From Spirochaetia bacterium (GTDB lineage: Bacteria; Spirochaetota; Spirochaetia; CADAEX01), in the NCBI GenBank assembly GCA_017554185.1, contig JAFZIU010000028.1, positions 1 to 61,452 of the forward strand: DNA of 61,452 nucleotides, in the 5' to 3' direction. Below, piece by piece: positions 1-9,824 of this stretch (position 1 is its first letter; each line of letters begins with the position of its first letter). Under the pieces are notes generated by a model that did no database searches, was not told the origin of the DNA, and worked only from the letters and a program-made list of their open reading frames with translations. A program made the translations under genes and the position numbers.

Positions 1-824
1 GGCAGGTTCTCCTCAAGCTCAAGCTTAAGAGTGATATTGTGCTGCTCAAGGTCGGGAATCATTATCTCGACTGCATCCCTTATTATCTGGTTAAGGTCTT
101 CCTCCTGCAGGTTCGCATTCCGTGGCCTTACAGTGGAAAGGAAGTCCACCACAATGTCGTTAAGCCGCTCCACCTCGCTTTTAAGCACCTTGATCTTTGA
201 TATAAGGCTTTCCCGGCAGGTTTCTGCATTCTCGAACGCTTCCGGCTTGTGGAGCTGCCTTTCCATAAGCTGAAGATATATGCTCATGCTTCCAAGGGGA
301 TTCTTGAGCTCATGGGCAACACCGGCTGTAAGGGCTGTAAGTGATGCAAAGCTCTCTTCCCTCTTCTTCTCGCTCTTCTCCTTCTCCCGCTCCGTCACAT
401 TGGCAATGTTGATGATATGGCCTCTCTTGCCCGATGGATGCTGGAGCATGGAGACAGTGACCTCGATGGAGAAGTTCTTCTTATCTATATTGCTGTCGAA
501 TATCCTGGAGGTGCGCCTGCCCTCCTTTGTAACTGCAGTGCGGATAAAATCTGATATATCCTTCCGGACAAAGATATCCCATACCGGAACATCTGAAAAT
601 TCAGATTTATCAAGGCGCACCAGATTGGCAAGATAACGGTTAAGGAAAACCACCCTGTGCTCATGGTCCGATACAGCCACCCCGGTTGTAAGGGCATCCA
701 GAACCATTATCATCATGTCATCGTCTGCTACAATCTTCTTCAGAAGATCCTCATATATTGCAACCTTCTCCTCCGGTGCCAGGTTCTGGGTCCTGCGGAG
801 TGCTGCAGAGACAAAGTTCCTCAT
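1..824 (-). CDS. PAS-domain sensor histidine kinase (Hk2/NtrB-like), truncated by the window edge
   Basis: Not in the ORF track because it runs off the edge. Read manually from ATG 824 (MRNFVSAALRRTQ...): a PAS-like segment, then the H-box AGVAHELKNPLGSM. Start overlaps the holB stop. Confidence 0.85.
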   Translation of the reverse strand, partial: MRNFVSAALRRTQNLAPEEKVAIYEDLLKKIVADDDMMIMVLDALTTGVAVSDHEHRVVFLNRYLANLVRLDKSEFSDVPVWDIFVRKDISDFIRTAVTKEGRRTSRIFDSNIDKKNFSIEVTVSMLQHPSGKRGHIINIANVTEREKEKSEKKREESFASLTALTAGVAHELKNPLGSMSIYLQLMERQLHKPEAFENAETCRESLISKIKVLKSEVERLNDIVVDFLSTVRPRNANLQEEDLNQIIRDAVEIMIPDLEQHNITLKLELEENL

Positions 825-1999
825 GACAGGCCTCCTTCATCATACAGAAGATATTCGAAAAGAAGCTGAGGGTTCATGTTAAGGCTCTCGAAATCGAACC
901 AGATCTGGTTGAGTCTGCGGCAAAGCTTCTCAAGCCTGCCTGCTGTGCTGAAGCCTGCCCCGGGCAGTGCTGTCCTTGACTGTTCCAGAAGCTTCTCCAT
1001 AAAGACCTTGACCGATTCTCCCTTAATTTCCTTAAGCTCTTCCTTAAGCTGATTCTTTGCATCATCTGACCTTGGGTCTGACAGATAGTACGAAAGATAC
1101 CGGGATGCAAGGTCTGCCAGAGCTTCCACATCGGGGTCGAAGCTGTCGAAATAGCTGGAGATGGAGCTGTAGGCTCCGCTGTTCTCGCGGAATATAAGGC
1201 TTAACACCTTGGAATTGTCCTCTGATGAGCGTTCCTTGAGAGGATAACTCCTCAGGCGGGACCTTATAGTAGGGATGATCTCTCCAGTGCGTGATGAAAG
1301 GAAAATGAAGAAGCAGTTTTCAGGCGGCTCCTCAAGAATCTTGAGCATGCTGTTCCGGGCGCTGTCGTTCATCTTCTCGGCATTCTCTATTATAACCACC
1401 TTGCGGCTCTCGGTGGTGCTGGTGTGGGCCCAGAATGTGACCTTGCGGATCTGATTTACAGGAATTGTCGAGAGGTTAAGCTCTTTTGCCAGGTCGGCTG
1501 CATTCTCCACAATTGAGTCCAGGACCTTTGATTTTATGGGAGTGGAAAGATCCTCGGGGTCGATGCTGCCAAGGGCTTCCTCAAGGTATGCCAGAAGAGG
1601 CTGGACCTTCTTGAACTTGGTCTCCTTCTCGTCGTAGAAGACCGGATCAAAGCGCCGGAGAAGCTTCCTGACGCTGCGGAGGAAAAGATAGCGGCTGTAG
1701 ATCTGGTCGTTGGCTTCCAGAAGCTGTCGGGCAACCGAAATCTCCTCCATAAAGTTGTCGTAGCCCAAAAGGAGGGTGTCGCTCTGTATAAGGAGCTTCT
1801 GGCTCCTGCAGCTGGGGCAGCGGCAGTTCCAGCTTCTGTCACCGGTGCATGTAAGGGCCCGGGCAAGCTCAAGGGCAAGAGTAAGCTTTCCAGCATACCG
1901 GGGCCCTTCTATAAGGATGGAGCCTGGCAGAGTGCCCTTTGCAACCTGTTCTTTAAGAAGCTCTACTGTCTGCTTATGCCCTATTATATTTTCAAACAT
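821..1999 (-). CDS. holB: DNA polymerase III delta-prime subunit
   Basis: GPRYAGK P-loop, Zn-type CTG...CRCPSC, and KVVIIENAEKMNDSARNSMLKILEEPP / IIPTIRSRL clamp-loader motifs. Confidence 0.85.
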   Translation of the reverse strand: MFENIIGHKQTVELLKEQVAKGTLPGSILIEGPRYAGKLTLALELARALTCTGDRSWNCRCPSCRSQKLLIQSDTLLLGYDNFMEEISVARQLLEANDQIYSRYLFLRSVRKLLRRFDPVFYDEKETKFKKVQPLLAYLEEALGSIDPEDLSTPIKSKVLDSIVENAADLAKELNLSTIPVNQIRKVTFWAHTSTTESRKVVIIENAEKMNDSARNSMLKILEEPPENCFFIFLSSRTGEIIPTIRSRLRSYPLKERSSEDNSKVLSLIFRENSGAYSSISSYFDSFDPDVEALADLASRYLSYYLSDPRSDDAKNQLKEELKEIKGESVKVFMEKLLEQSRTALPGAGFSTAGRLEKLCRRLNQIWFDFESLNMNPQLLFEYLLYDEGGLS

Positions 2000-2510
2000 T
2001 CTTTTTTATCACTCCCGGCAGGTCCTTGACCATATCAAGGTCAAAGCCATCAAGATGCAGGCCGTCAAGGAAATCACGGGCATACCTGGCAACAATGCTC
2101 TCGTCCAGGAAGGAGATACCTGCCTTGAACTTGAACCTATAGATAAGGAACACAATGATAAGAACGATGACTGCTGTCTCAAGAAGACCCCATACAAGCC
2201 CCAGGAGACGGTCCAGGCTGTTCATCTTGATAGCTTCGATTGCATTGTGAAGGAGAAGCTCAAGCAGTTTGACCAGAATGTATGTAACGATGAAAAGAAG
2301 GAAGAAAGCAGCAATAGGCCTGAATGTGTCGCTTTTTATCATATCTTTCAAGAGGGCTGACAACTGGTTCTGGAACGCCAGTGCAGCAATAAGGCCCAGG
2401 ATAAGGGCTGCCATGGACATGAACTCAGAGATGAATCCCCTGAAGAACCCCTTGATGACAAAAAATAAAGCTAAAAGCAGAAATATAAGATCAGCAATAT
2501 TCATACTCAC
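1992..2510 (-). CDS. cvpA: CvpA family membrane protein
   Basis: KGFFRGFISE and LDRLLGLVWG motifs; four hydrophobic helices. Confidence 0.85.
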   Translation of the reverse strand: MSMNIADLIFLLLALFFVIKGFFRGFISEFMSMAALILGLIAALAFQNQLSALLKDMIKSDTFRPIAAFFLLFIVTYILVKLLELLLHNAIEAIKMNSLDRLLGLVWGLLETAVIVLIIVFLIYRFKFKAGISFLDESIVARYARDFLDGLHLDGFDLDMVKDLPGVIKKNV

Positions 2511-3604
2511 TCCTTCTTCAAAAGTGTGACAATTTGATACGCAATAGAGGCGGCAGAATCTTTCCTGGCCATCTGGGCCATTTTGACACTAAGCTCCTTG
2601 CCCCGCTCTGTTCCAACTATGCTCTCAATCTCGGCCAGGAGATCCTGGCTCTTGATTGTGTCGTCCATAAGGACGGCGGCTGCGTTCTGCTCCTTGAAAT
2701 AGAGCGCATTCTTCACCTGGTCGCCCCTGGTGCCGCTGCCCCGCAGAGGAATCAGCAGGGCAGCTCTGCCCACGGCAGAAAGCTCCCACAGGGAGCCGGC
2801 ACCAGCACGGGTTACCACCAGGGAAGCGGCGGCGATTACGTCGGCTATCTCGTCCTTTATGAAAGGAATCTGCACATAGCCTTCCACATCGGGCTTTCCT
2901 ATGGTGGACTGGGCACCCACCTGGTGGGCTATGTAGTACTTTTCGGCCAGCGGTCGGCGGATTTCCCAGATAAGCTGGTTTATCTCGCCGCTTCCCTGGC
3001 TGCCGCCCACTACGAAGATAAGGGGCTTCTTATTGTCGAAGCCCAGGAATGCAAGCCCCTTGGCAGGGTCGCCAGAATAGAACTGGCTCCGCACCGGGTT
3101 CCCCACAACAACACATTTGTCCCTGTACTTTGGCTTGATGTATTTCCGGGTCTCCTCAACAGAAAGGAGAATCTTTCTGGAGAAAACTGCATTGATCTTT
3201 GTGGCAAGACCAGGGGTGTAATCAGACTCGTGTGTGATTACCGGTATGCCTAAAAGCTTTCCTGCCAGCACAGGAGGAACGCTTACATACCCCCCTTTTG
3301 AAAAGATTATTTCAGGGTGTACTTTTAAAAGTATGCAAAAAGCCTGTATAAATCCAAGTGTAATTTTAAAAATATCAGAAAAATTCTTTAAGGAGAAGTA
3401 CCTTCTAAGCTTGCCCGAGAGTATTCCCTTGAATTTGATTCCAGCCTCATCAATAAGTTTTTTCTCCATGCCGGATGTGGAGCCGATCCAGATAAAGTCT
3501 TCTTTCTTGTAATTATATTGGGAGCAGAGAGCTTCTATGACAGAGATGCCTGGAAAAACATGTCCTGCTGTCCCTCCCCCAGTAAAACAGATTTTTCTAC
3601 TCAT
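2507..3604 (-). CDS. murG: Lipid II N-acetylglucosaminyltransferase
   Basis: TGGGTAGHVFP, SKGGYVS, HESD, VGNPVR, GGSQG, RAGA and DQVKNA motifs. Confidence 0.96.
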   Translation of the reverse strand: MSRKICFTGGGTAGHVFPGISVIEALCSQYNYKKEDFIWIGSTSGMEKKLIDEAGIKFKGILSGKLRRYFSLKNFSDIFKITLGFIQAFCILLKVHPEIIFSKGGYVSVPPVLAGKLLGIPVITHESDYTPGLATKINAVFSRKILLSVEETRKYIKPKYRDKCVVVGNPVRSQFYSGDPAKGLAFLGFDNKKPLIFVVGGSQGSGEINQLIWEIRRPLAEKYYIAHQVGAQSTIGKPDVEGYVQIPFIKDEIADVIAAASLVVTRAGAGSLWELSAVGRAALLIPLRGSGTRGDQVKNALYFKEQNAAAVLMDDTIKSQDLLAEIESIVGTERGKELSVKMAQMARKDSAASIAYQIVTLLKKE

Positions 3605-3980
3605 GTGTCAATTTTACCCACTTTTCTGCTTTTTGTAAATCCTCAAAAAGCTCAATTTCTGCACCAAATACCCAGCCCTCGATTCCCTCGCTCCGGATCA
3701 TGTACCAGAAGTCCTCCTTGCCGTCAACAACTTCCTTGTCTCCGGTCTTGGTGAATATCTCGAAGATATTGCCGTGCCACAGCATTTCAATGGCTTTGGA
3801 GCCCTGGTCGGGATTCTCCCTGATCCTGAGGTAATCCCCTTTCGGCGTGCCATAGGAGAAGCTGGTGACCAGATCTGATGTCAAAGGAAGCCTTATGTCT
3901 GGAAATTCAGCTTTCCGGTTTACTTTTGAGCAGCTGGTCAGTGTCAGAAATACAGAAAAGATAAGTAAAATCTTTCTCAT
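3597..3980 (-). CDS. SH3 (SH3b) domain lipoprotein
   Basis: Lipobox LTSC after a hydrophobic stretch; LRIRENP...WY...EGWVFG SH3b pattern. Confidence 0.75.
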   Translation of the reverse strand: MRKILLIFSVFLTLTSCSKVNRKAEFPDIRLPLTSDLVTSFSYGTPKGDYLRIRENPDQGSKAIEMLWHGNIFEIFTKTGDKEVVDGKEDFWYMIRSEGIEGWVFGAEIELFEDLQKAEKWVKLTHE

Positions 3981-4008
3981 ACCTACATACTAATTCAATT
4001 ATTTAAAC

Positions 4009-4038
4009 TTGACAACCGAAAGAGCTGGAAACTATACT
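4009..4038 (+). promoter_or_regulatory. sigma70 promoter of the DHH-CBS gene
   Basis: TTGACA-18 nt-TATACT, 9 nt before ATG 4048. Confidence 0.65.
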
Positions 4039-4047
4039 TTACTCAGC

Positions 4048-5373
4048 ATGAACATCATCATTGGCCATTCAAATACCGATCTGGACTGCCTTGCATCCAT
4101 GATTGCAGCCCAGAAGCTCTATCCAGGATACGACATAGTCATTAGCGGCCTGCTCAATCCACTTGCAGGCAATGTGGTCTCCTTCTACATCACCAAGCTC
4201 TCTTTCAAAGGGCCTGCAGACCTTAAAGACCAGCAGATTGACAATGTAGTCGTAGTGGATACCAGGTCATCCATGAGGGTGAAGGAATTCTTCGCAAACA
4301 TAAGCCGGGTGAACGGCAGGATAACAATCTTTGACCACCATCCCACCGACGGCTGCGACATACCTGGAGCAGAGCTCAACTATGTAAAAAACGGGGCTAA
4401 CACATCCACAATGGTTCTCAAGCTTATGGAGAAAGGGATAAGACTGGACTCGGACGAGGCCACCATAGCCCTTACCGGAATATACGCCGACACCCAGAGC
4501 TTTACCACCGATTCGGTGACTCCGGAGGATTTCCAGGCCGCCTCGTACCTCATAAGCCAGGGAGCCTCCATGAAGCTGGCCCGGTTCTTCCTGCAGCCTC
4601 TTAAGAACGACTATCAGATATCCTATTTCCATACCCTGCTGAATGTCATTGACAGGCATGTGATAAAGGGACACGAGGTGCTTGTGAGCTATCTTGACCT
4701 GCCCAAGCGGGTGAACGGCCTTGCCGCCGTTGTGGAACAGGTCTTCTCTGTGGAGAAGGCAGATGCCATCTTTGCCATGTTCCACTGCCAGGCCGACGAC
4801 TCCACCTCCATCATAGCCCGGAGCCGGAAGAAAGCGGTTCCAGTGAACCAGATCCTCTCTGTATGGGGCGGCGGAGGCCACGAGAAGGCAGCTTCTGCCA
4901 CTATAAAGAAGACCGGTGATATGAATGTGCCGCTGATGCTGAAGGAGGAGCTTCAGAAGCTGCCTCCGGACCGGACTGCAGAGAGCATCATGACCACCCC
5001 TGTAAAGACCATACCTATGAATGTCTCCATAGCAAGGGCAAAGGAATACCTGGAGGAGATTAATCATACCGCGGCCCCCGTTGTCGATGATGAGGGGAAA
5101 ATGGTGGGCATGATGGGTAACAAGAACATACGGAATGCGGAGAAAGCAGGCTGCATGGAGACCATGGTTCCCGCCTATATGAACAAGAAGGTTGTCTCAA
5201 TAAACAAGGACAGCACCATGCGGGAAATCGAGAAGGTGTTCCTTGAGAACAAATACAATCATATGCCTGTGATAGATGACAGCTCAATGCTGGTGGGCAT
5301 TCTTACCAGAAAGGATTTCCTGAAGGCTATCCACGAAGAGGATGAGCTTACAGAGCTGCTTCAGACCCGCTGA
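4048..5373 (+). CDS. DHH/DHHA1 phosphoesterase with C-terminal CBS pair
   Basis: GHSNTDLD, VVDT, FDHH, GIYADT and GGGGH..AA motifs, then two CBS domains. ATG 4048 preferred because the upstream TTG is the -35 box. Confidence 0.85.
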   Translation: MNIIIGHSNTDLDCLASMIAAQKLYPGYDIVISGLLNPLAGNVVSFYITKLSFKGPADLKDQQIDNVVVVDTRSSMRVKEFFANISRVNGRITIFDHHPTDGCDIPGAELNYVKNGANTSTMVLKLMEKGIRLDSDEATIALTGIYADTQSFTTDSVTPEDFQAASYLISQGASMKLARFFLQPLKNDYQISYFHTLLNVIDRHVIKGHEVLVSYLDLPKRVNGLAAVVEQVFSVEKADAIFAMFHCQADDSTSIIARSRKKAVPVNQILSVWGGGGHEKAASATIKKTGDMNVPLMLKEELQKLPPDRTAESIMTTPVKTIPMNVSIARAKEYLEEINHTAAPVVDDEGKMVGMMGNKNIRNAEKAGCMETMVPAYMNKKVVSINKDSTMREIEKVFLENKYNHMPVIDDSSMLVGILTRKDFLKAIHEEDELTELLQTR

Positions 5374-7541
5374 AGTGTAAGGATTATATGGTGGGTCTTC
5401 CACTCCACCCCATCATTGCCTATCAATGATTCAAGGGCTTTCTTTATCTTTTCGCACAGCTTAGGCTCGGAAGCTAATATATTTCCATAGGTCCCCGGGT
5501 TATCGCTGTTAAGCCAGTTGTCGATATCCTTCTGGGTTATGTAGCGTCTTTCGGCAAGGTCTCTGGTATGGGAATGGACTAAGAAGCCTGCTCCTGCAGC
5601 AGCTGTGACTAAGTCTTCGCCGTTCCAGAGCATGAGCGGGCTTTCCCCGTAGAGCTTGTTCTCAAGTGAGGTTAGCTTTTTCCGCTCGCTTTCCTTAAGG
5701 AACGGAGCTGCAATCTGGGAGAGCCGGGTGCACTGGCTGGGGATGATCTCGGAAAGGACTGCACTGCCATCATTTTCCAGCAGTGAGTGGATGCAATCGA
5801 AGACCTGCCTCTTGTCGGCCCTTGTGGCAGTATTACGCCCTATTATGCAGTCAAAGAGCATGCTGTGTTCTCTGGCAAAGCTTTCCAGTGTGCCCTGGAG
5901 TGCAACCGGCCTCTCCACCTCCGGCAGCACAGAAGGATAATTGATAAAGTAATCCAGGTCTTCTGCCTTTTCCATAAGGACAAAGACGCCCCCTTCCGGG
6001 GTGCGGCGGGAGGCTTCCCAGGCTAAAAGCCCCTTGTCATTGCCTGGTATGAGAACCTTGTGGTGCCGGAGCAGTCTTGCATCTGCAAAAATCTCGTCCC
6101 TGATGGCAGAGAGCACTGTGTTCTTTTCTCCTGCAGTCCTTCGGAACCAGGCGTTCTTGCTTTTATCGTCGGGGGAGAATGTAAGGATCTCTCCTGTGCT
6201 TTCCCCTGTATCCAGCTGGGCCTCCAGCTGAACCTCCCGCCGTCTTGAAAGCTCTTTTGCAATCTCCCCTTCGTAGCCCACATTGCTCGGAGTATAGAAC
6301 ACCTTTCCCTTTAGGCTTGAGGGCAGATACTGCTGGGCAACCCAGTGGTCCTTGAAGGCATGGGGATATTTATACCCTTCTCCATGTCCGAAGCTCTCTT
6401 TATCCCGGGAAGCATCCTTAAGATGGGAAGGAACTTCGTACTGCTTCTCCTTCTGGACAAAATCAAGGGCATCGTAGTAGGCATAAGTTGTATTTGTCTT
6501 TTTACAGGATGTAATGTACAGAGCTGCATGGGAAAGGAAGAACTGTCCTTCAGGCATACCCACCCTGTCAAAGGCCTCGGCATCGGCCACCACCACCGGG
6601 AGGCAATAAGGATCGGCCATTCCCACATCCTCTGCTGCCTGGATCATCATACGGCGGAAGATGAACTTAGGATCCTCGCCACCTGCTATCATCCTGGCCA
6701 TCCAGTAGAGGGCCGCATCAGGGTCACTGCCCCTGAGGGATTTTATGAAGGCACTTATCATATCGTAGTGGTAATCGCCCTCTTTATCGTATAGGATAGC
6801 TTTTTTCTGAATGCTTTCCTCGGCAATCTCCAATGTTATATGAATCTCTGTCCCCTCTGGCGGCGGGAAGGAGTCGGGTGTGGTCTCCACAGCCAGCTGC
6901 AGCGCATTAAGAAGGCTGCGGGCATCGCCGTCTGCAATGGAGGCCAGGTGCTCAAGGGCATCATCATCTATTATGACCTTGAAACGGCCATAGCCTTTTT
7001 CCTTGTTTGAAATAGCCTTGAGGGCAGCCTTCTTAAGGTCCTCCTTGGTAAGCGGAAGGAGCTGGAAAACCCGGCTCCGGCTGACCAGCGCAGAGTTCAC
7101 CTCAAAATATGGATTCTCGGTGGTGGCCCCGATGAAGATGAAGGTGCCGTTCTCAACCCAAGGAAGGAGTGCATCCTGCTGGGCCTTGTTCCACCGGTGC
7201 ACCTCGTCCACGAACAGGATGGTCCGCTTGCCGTAGAAGTCCCGCCTTTTCTTGGCCTCCTCTATGGCATCCCGTATCTCCTTGACTCCGGAGAGGACTG
7301 CGTTTATAGAGATGAAGTAGCTGCTTGTGGTGTTGGCTATAATGCGGGCAAGGGTGGTCTTGCCTGTGCCCGGCGGGCCGTAGAAGATGAGGGATGAAAG
7401 CTGGTCAGCCTGGATTGCACGGCGTAAAAGCCTTCCTTTTCCAACAATGTGCTCCTGACCGAAGAAATCGTCCAGGGTTTCGGGCCGCATGGCATCGGCC
7501 AGAGGACTTATGCTGTTCTTCCCTTCCTCAAACAGATCCAT
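5361..7541 (-). CDS. rarA: Replication-associated recombination protein A with C-terminal methyltransferase-like extension
   Basis: PLADAMRP, GPPGTGKTT, DEVHR and SAFIKSLRGSDPDAALYW motifs; about 280 extra C-terminal residues. Confidence 0.9.
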   Translation of the reverse strand: MDLFEEGKNSISPLADAMRPETLDDFFGQEHIVGKGRLLRRAIQADQLSSLIFYGPPGTGKTTLARIIANTTSSYFISINAVLSGVKEIRDAIEEAKKRRDFYGKRTILFVDEVHRWNKAQQDALLPWVENGTFIFIGATTENPYFEVNSALVSRSRVFQLLPLTKEDLKKAALKAISNKEKGYGRFKVIIDDDALEHLASIADGDARSLLNALQLAVETTPDSFPPPEGTEIHITLEIAEESIQKKAILYDKEGDYHYDMISAFIKSLRGSDPDAALYWMARMIAGGEDPKFIFRRMMIQAAEDVGMADPYCLPVVVADAEAFDRVGMPEGQFFLSHAALYITSCKKTNTTYAYYDALDFVQKEKQYEVPSHLKDASRDKESFGHGEGYKYPHAFKDHWVAQQYLPSSLKGKVFYTPSNVGYEGEIAKELSRRREVQLEAQLDTGESTGEILTFSPDDKSKNAWFRRTAGEKNTVLSAIRDEIFADARLLRHHKVLIPGNDKGLLAWEASRRTPEGGVFVLMEKAEDLDYFINYPSVLPEVERPVALQGTLESFAREHSMLFDCIIGRNTATRADKRQVFDCIHSLLENDGSAVLSEIIPSQCTRLSQIAAPFLKESERKKLTSLENKLYGESPLMLWNGEDLVTAAAGAGFLVHSHTRDLAERRYITQKDIDNWLNSDNPGTYGNILASEPKLCEKIKKALESLIGNDGVEWKTHHIILTLQRV

Positions 7542-8209
7542 CAGCTTTCCATTACTTTTCTAAGCTGGTCCACAGTCACAGACTCAAAGTCATCGCTGAC
7601 CAAATCGGCCATTGAGAGGTCCTGCCTTGTGGGATTTGTGGGATTCTGGTAACCAAGGCACTTCATACCTGCATTCATGGCAGCAAGCACTCCATTGGCA
7701 GAATCTTCTACAACCAGATTCGCGGCATGGGGAGTTCCCAGGAGGTCTGCGGCATAGAGGAAGATATCCGGTGCAGGCTTGCCGTTCTTAAGCTCAAAGC
7801 CGCTGACTACAACATCAAAATACTTGCGGTAGCCCATCTTATCCAGTATTGCGTCAATAACCAGGGTGTGGGATGAGCTGGCCAGCGCCAGGGGTATTCC
7901 TTCCCTCTTGAGGCTCTTTATCAGGCTTATAACTCCAGCCGGGGCATCGAAATCATCATGTTCCCGGAAAGCTTTGGCCCGCATTGCAGTATCGTAGGCA
8001 AGAAGCTCCTCAACAGGCTGCTGCAGGTTATACTTTTCCTTAAGAGAGAGCCAGAACTTGTCCATGGCAAGGCCGGCATACTCGGCAAGGCCGTTCTTGG
8101 GGAAATCAACCCCGAGACTCTTGAGAATGTCACACTCGAATTTCACATGCAGGGGCTCGCTGTTTACGATAACCCCGTCCATATCAAAGATAACGCCTTT
8201 CAGTTCCAT
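7541..8209 (-). CDS. HAD family phosphatase (beta-PGM/CbbY-like)
   Basis: FDMDGV, LASSS, KPAPD and VEDS motifs. Confidence 0.9.
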   Translation of the reverse strand: MELKGVIFDMDGVIVNSEPLHVKFECDILKSLGVDFPKNGLAEYAGLAMDKFWLSLKEKYNLQQPVEELLAYDTAMRAKAFREHDDFDAPAGVISLIKSLKREGIPLALASSSHTLVIDAILDKMGYRKYFDVVVSGFELKNGKPAPDIFLYAADLLGTPHAANLVVEDSANGVLAAMNAGMKCLGYQNPTNPTRQDLSMADLVSDDFESVTVDQLRKVMES

Positions 8210-9789
8210 TTCCAGATATCCATGAATGTATGAATTTTCTCGCAGTACTTGCAGATAAACTTATCCTCGGCAGTGCGGTAGAATTCGGCAGGAATGCCCT
8301 CGCCATGCTGATGGTTTGAAATACAGTCTGGGTTGGAGCACTCGATGTCGTCGAAATTATAGATTGCAGGAGGCATAAGGAGCCTGAGCTTCTTGATCAC
8401 ATGCTTGTCCTTGATGATATTCACGGTGCAGCCCGGAGCCAGTGCCGCAAGGCGCTTCATGCTCTTTATGCCGAACTCGCCGTGGCCTGGACGGAAAATG
8501 ATGCCTTTCATCTGGTCAGGCTCCTTCCGGGATGATGTAACCCACTCGCCTCCCTTTCCATAGAGCTTGAGTGTGCGGATTATCCTTATAAGCTGATCCC
8601 TGATCTCTGTCTCGGTATGGCCGCGGAGGATATGGTCTATGACAAGGCCGTCGGCAATAGGCTTGACCCCTTCGGAGCAGTCCTTGATAGGTGCATTTGC
8701 ATGGATCGGCAGAGGCACGATGAAGTCCTCGGAATCCTCGTGGCTCTGGGGAACCTTGACCTCGCCCTTGAAGTCGTCTCCGATCTTTCCAGCAATAAGT
8801 GCAAGAAGGATGATCCTGATTATCATGCCGTTGGCAGACTGGGTCTCCCAGCCGTTGAGCGGTGTGGAATCGAGGAATGTAGGGATTGAAGGATATACCT
8901 TGTGCCGTGGAAGCGGATGGTAGAATATAGTCCCTTCCGGCAGTTTATCTATATATTCCCTCTGGAAAGTTATGCTGTCACGGAGCTGGTCCTGCTTCTT
9001 GAGGATAGCATCGCCCATCCTCTCCAGCTGCGGCCGGGTGAAGTACCATATCTTGGCCATTTTATCGGAGTTCACATATTCTTCGATAGAAGAGAAGAAA
9101 TTGACCTCGAAGCCGTTTGAAAGCATCTTGTTCACATAGAATTCAGGCATAGCCAGCTCTGGCGGTGCAATAAGGTCCACCTTGACTTTCTTGAATATCT
9201 TAAGGCCGTCTGCCTTGGAATGGACTGTTCTGCCGTGGTACAGGTCGCCGGCCAGCGCTATATGGATGCTGTCGGTGTTCCAGCCGTTGTGTTCCAGGAA
9301 AGTGAAGTCGTCTAAAAGCTCCTGGGTAGGATGCTCGTGCTTGCCGTCTCCTGCGTTTATGAAGGCCGGTGTAGTTGGCAGGCCATTGCGCATTGCATAG
9401 CCCCGGCCGTTCTCCTCAAGCCAGCGGCAGAGCCCTTCCTGCCTGCTCCGTACAATGAAGATCTTGTTGTAGTAGCCGGACAGGGTGTTGAAGGTGTCGG
9501 CAAAGCTTTCCTGCTTGTTTATGGAAGAATGGGATGTATCCAGGTTCGACAGCTTGACCCGGTGGAATTCGGCAGCATTCTTGAAGGATTCCTTGGTCCT
9601 TGTGCTGTCCTCGATAAAGACCTCGTAGATACCGAAGTCGGGATCGTTTATCCGGAACTTGTCCATGCCTGCCTTGTCGTCAGATTTTATATAGCCCTTG
9701 AGCTCCCTTGCCTTCTGGAAAAGATACATTTTCTCGTCGAACGAGAAATCATCAATGACAGTAAAACTTCTACCTTTGAATGTGTTCAT
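8200..9789 (-). CDS. pyrBI: Fused aspartate carbamoyltransferase catalytic + regulatory chain
   Basis: EDSTRT, HEHPTQ, GRTVHS and HPLPR catalytic motifs, followed by PyrI VIDHI and C..C..C..C Zn motif. Confidence 0.93.
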   Translation of the reverse strand: MNTFKGRSFTVIDDFSFDEKMYLFQKARELKGYIKSDDKAGMDKFRINDPDFGIYEVFIEDSTRTKESFKNAAEFHRVKLSNLDTSHSSINKQESFADTFNTLSGYYNKIFIVRSRQEGLCRWLEENGRGYAMRNGLPTTPAFINAGDGKHEHPTQELLDDFTFLEHNGWNTDSIHIALAGDLYHGRTVHSKADGLKIFKKVKVDLIAPPELAMPEFYVNKMLSNGFEVNFFSSIEEYVNSDKMAKIWYFTRPQLERMGDAILKKQDQLRDSITFQREYIDKLPEGTIFYHPLPRHKVYPSIPTFLDSTPLNGWETQSANGMIIRIILLALIAGKIGDDFKGEVKVPQSHEDSEDFIVPLPIHANAPIKDCSEGVKPIADGLVIDHILRGHTETEIRDQLIRIIRTLKLYGKGGEWVTSSRKEPDQMKGIIFRPGHGEFGIKSMKRLAALAPGCTVNIIKDKHVIKKLRLLMPPAIYNFDDIECSNPDCISNHQHGEGIPAEFYRTAEDKFICKYCEKIHTFMDIWKWN

Positions 9790-9795
9790 ACCTAC

Positions 9796-9824
9796 ATAAT
9801 AAAACGCAAGGGCTAAAAATTCAA
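9796..9824 (-). promoter_or_regulatory. sigma70 promoter, leaderless pyrBI
   Basis: TTGAAT-17-TATTAT-6 nt-ATG on the minus strand. Confidence 0.55.
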
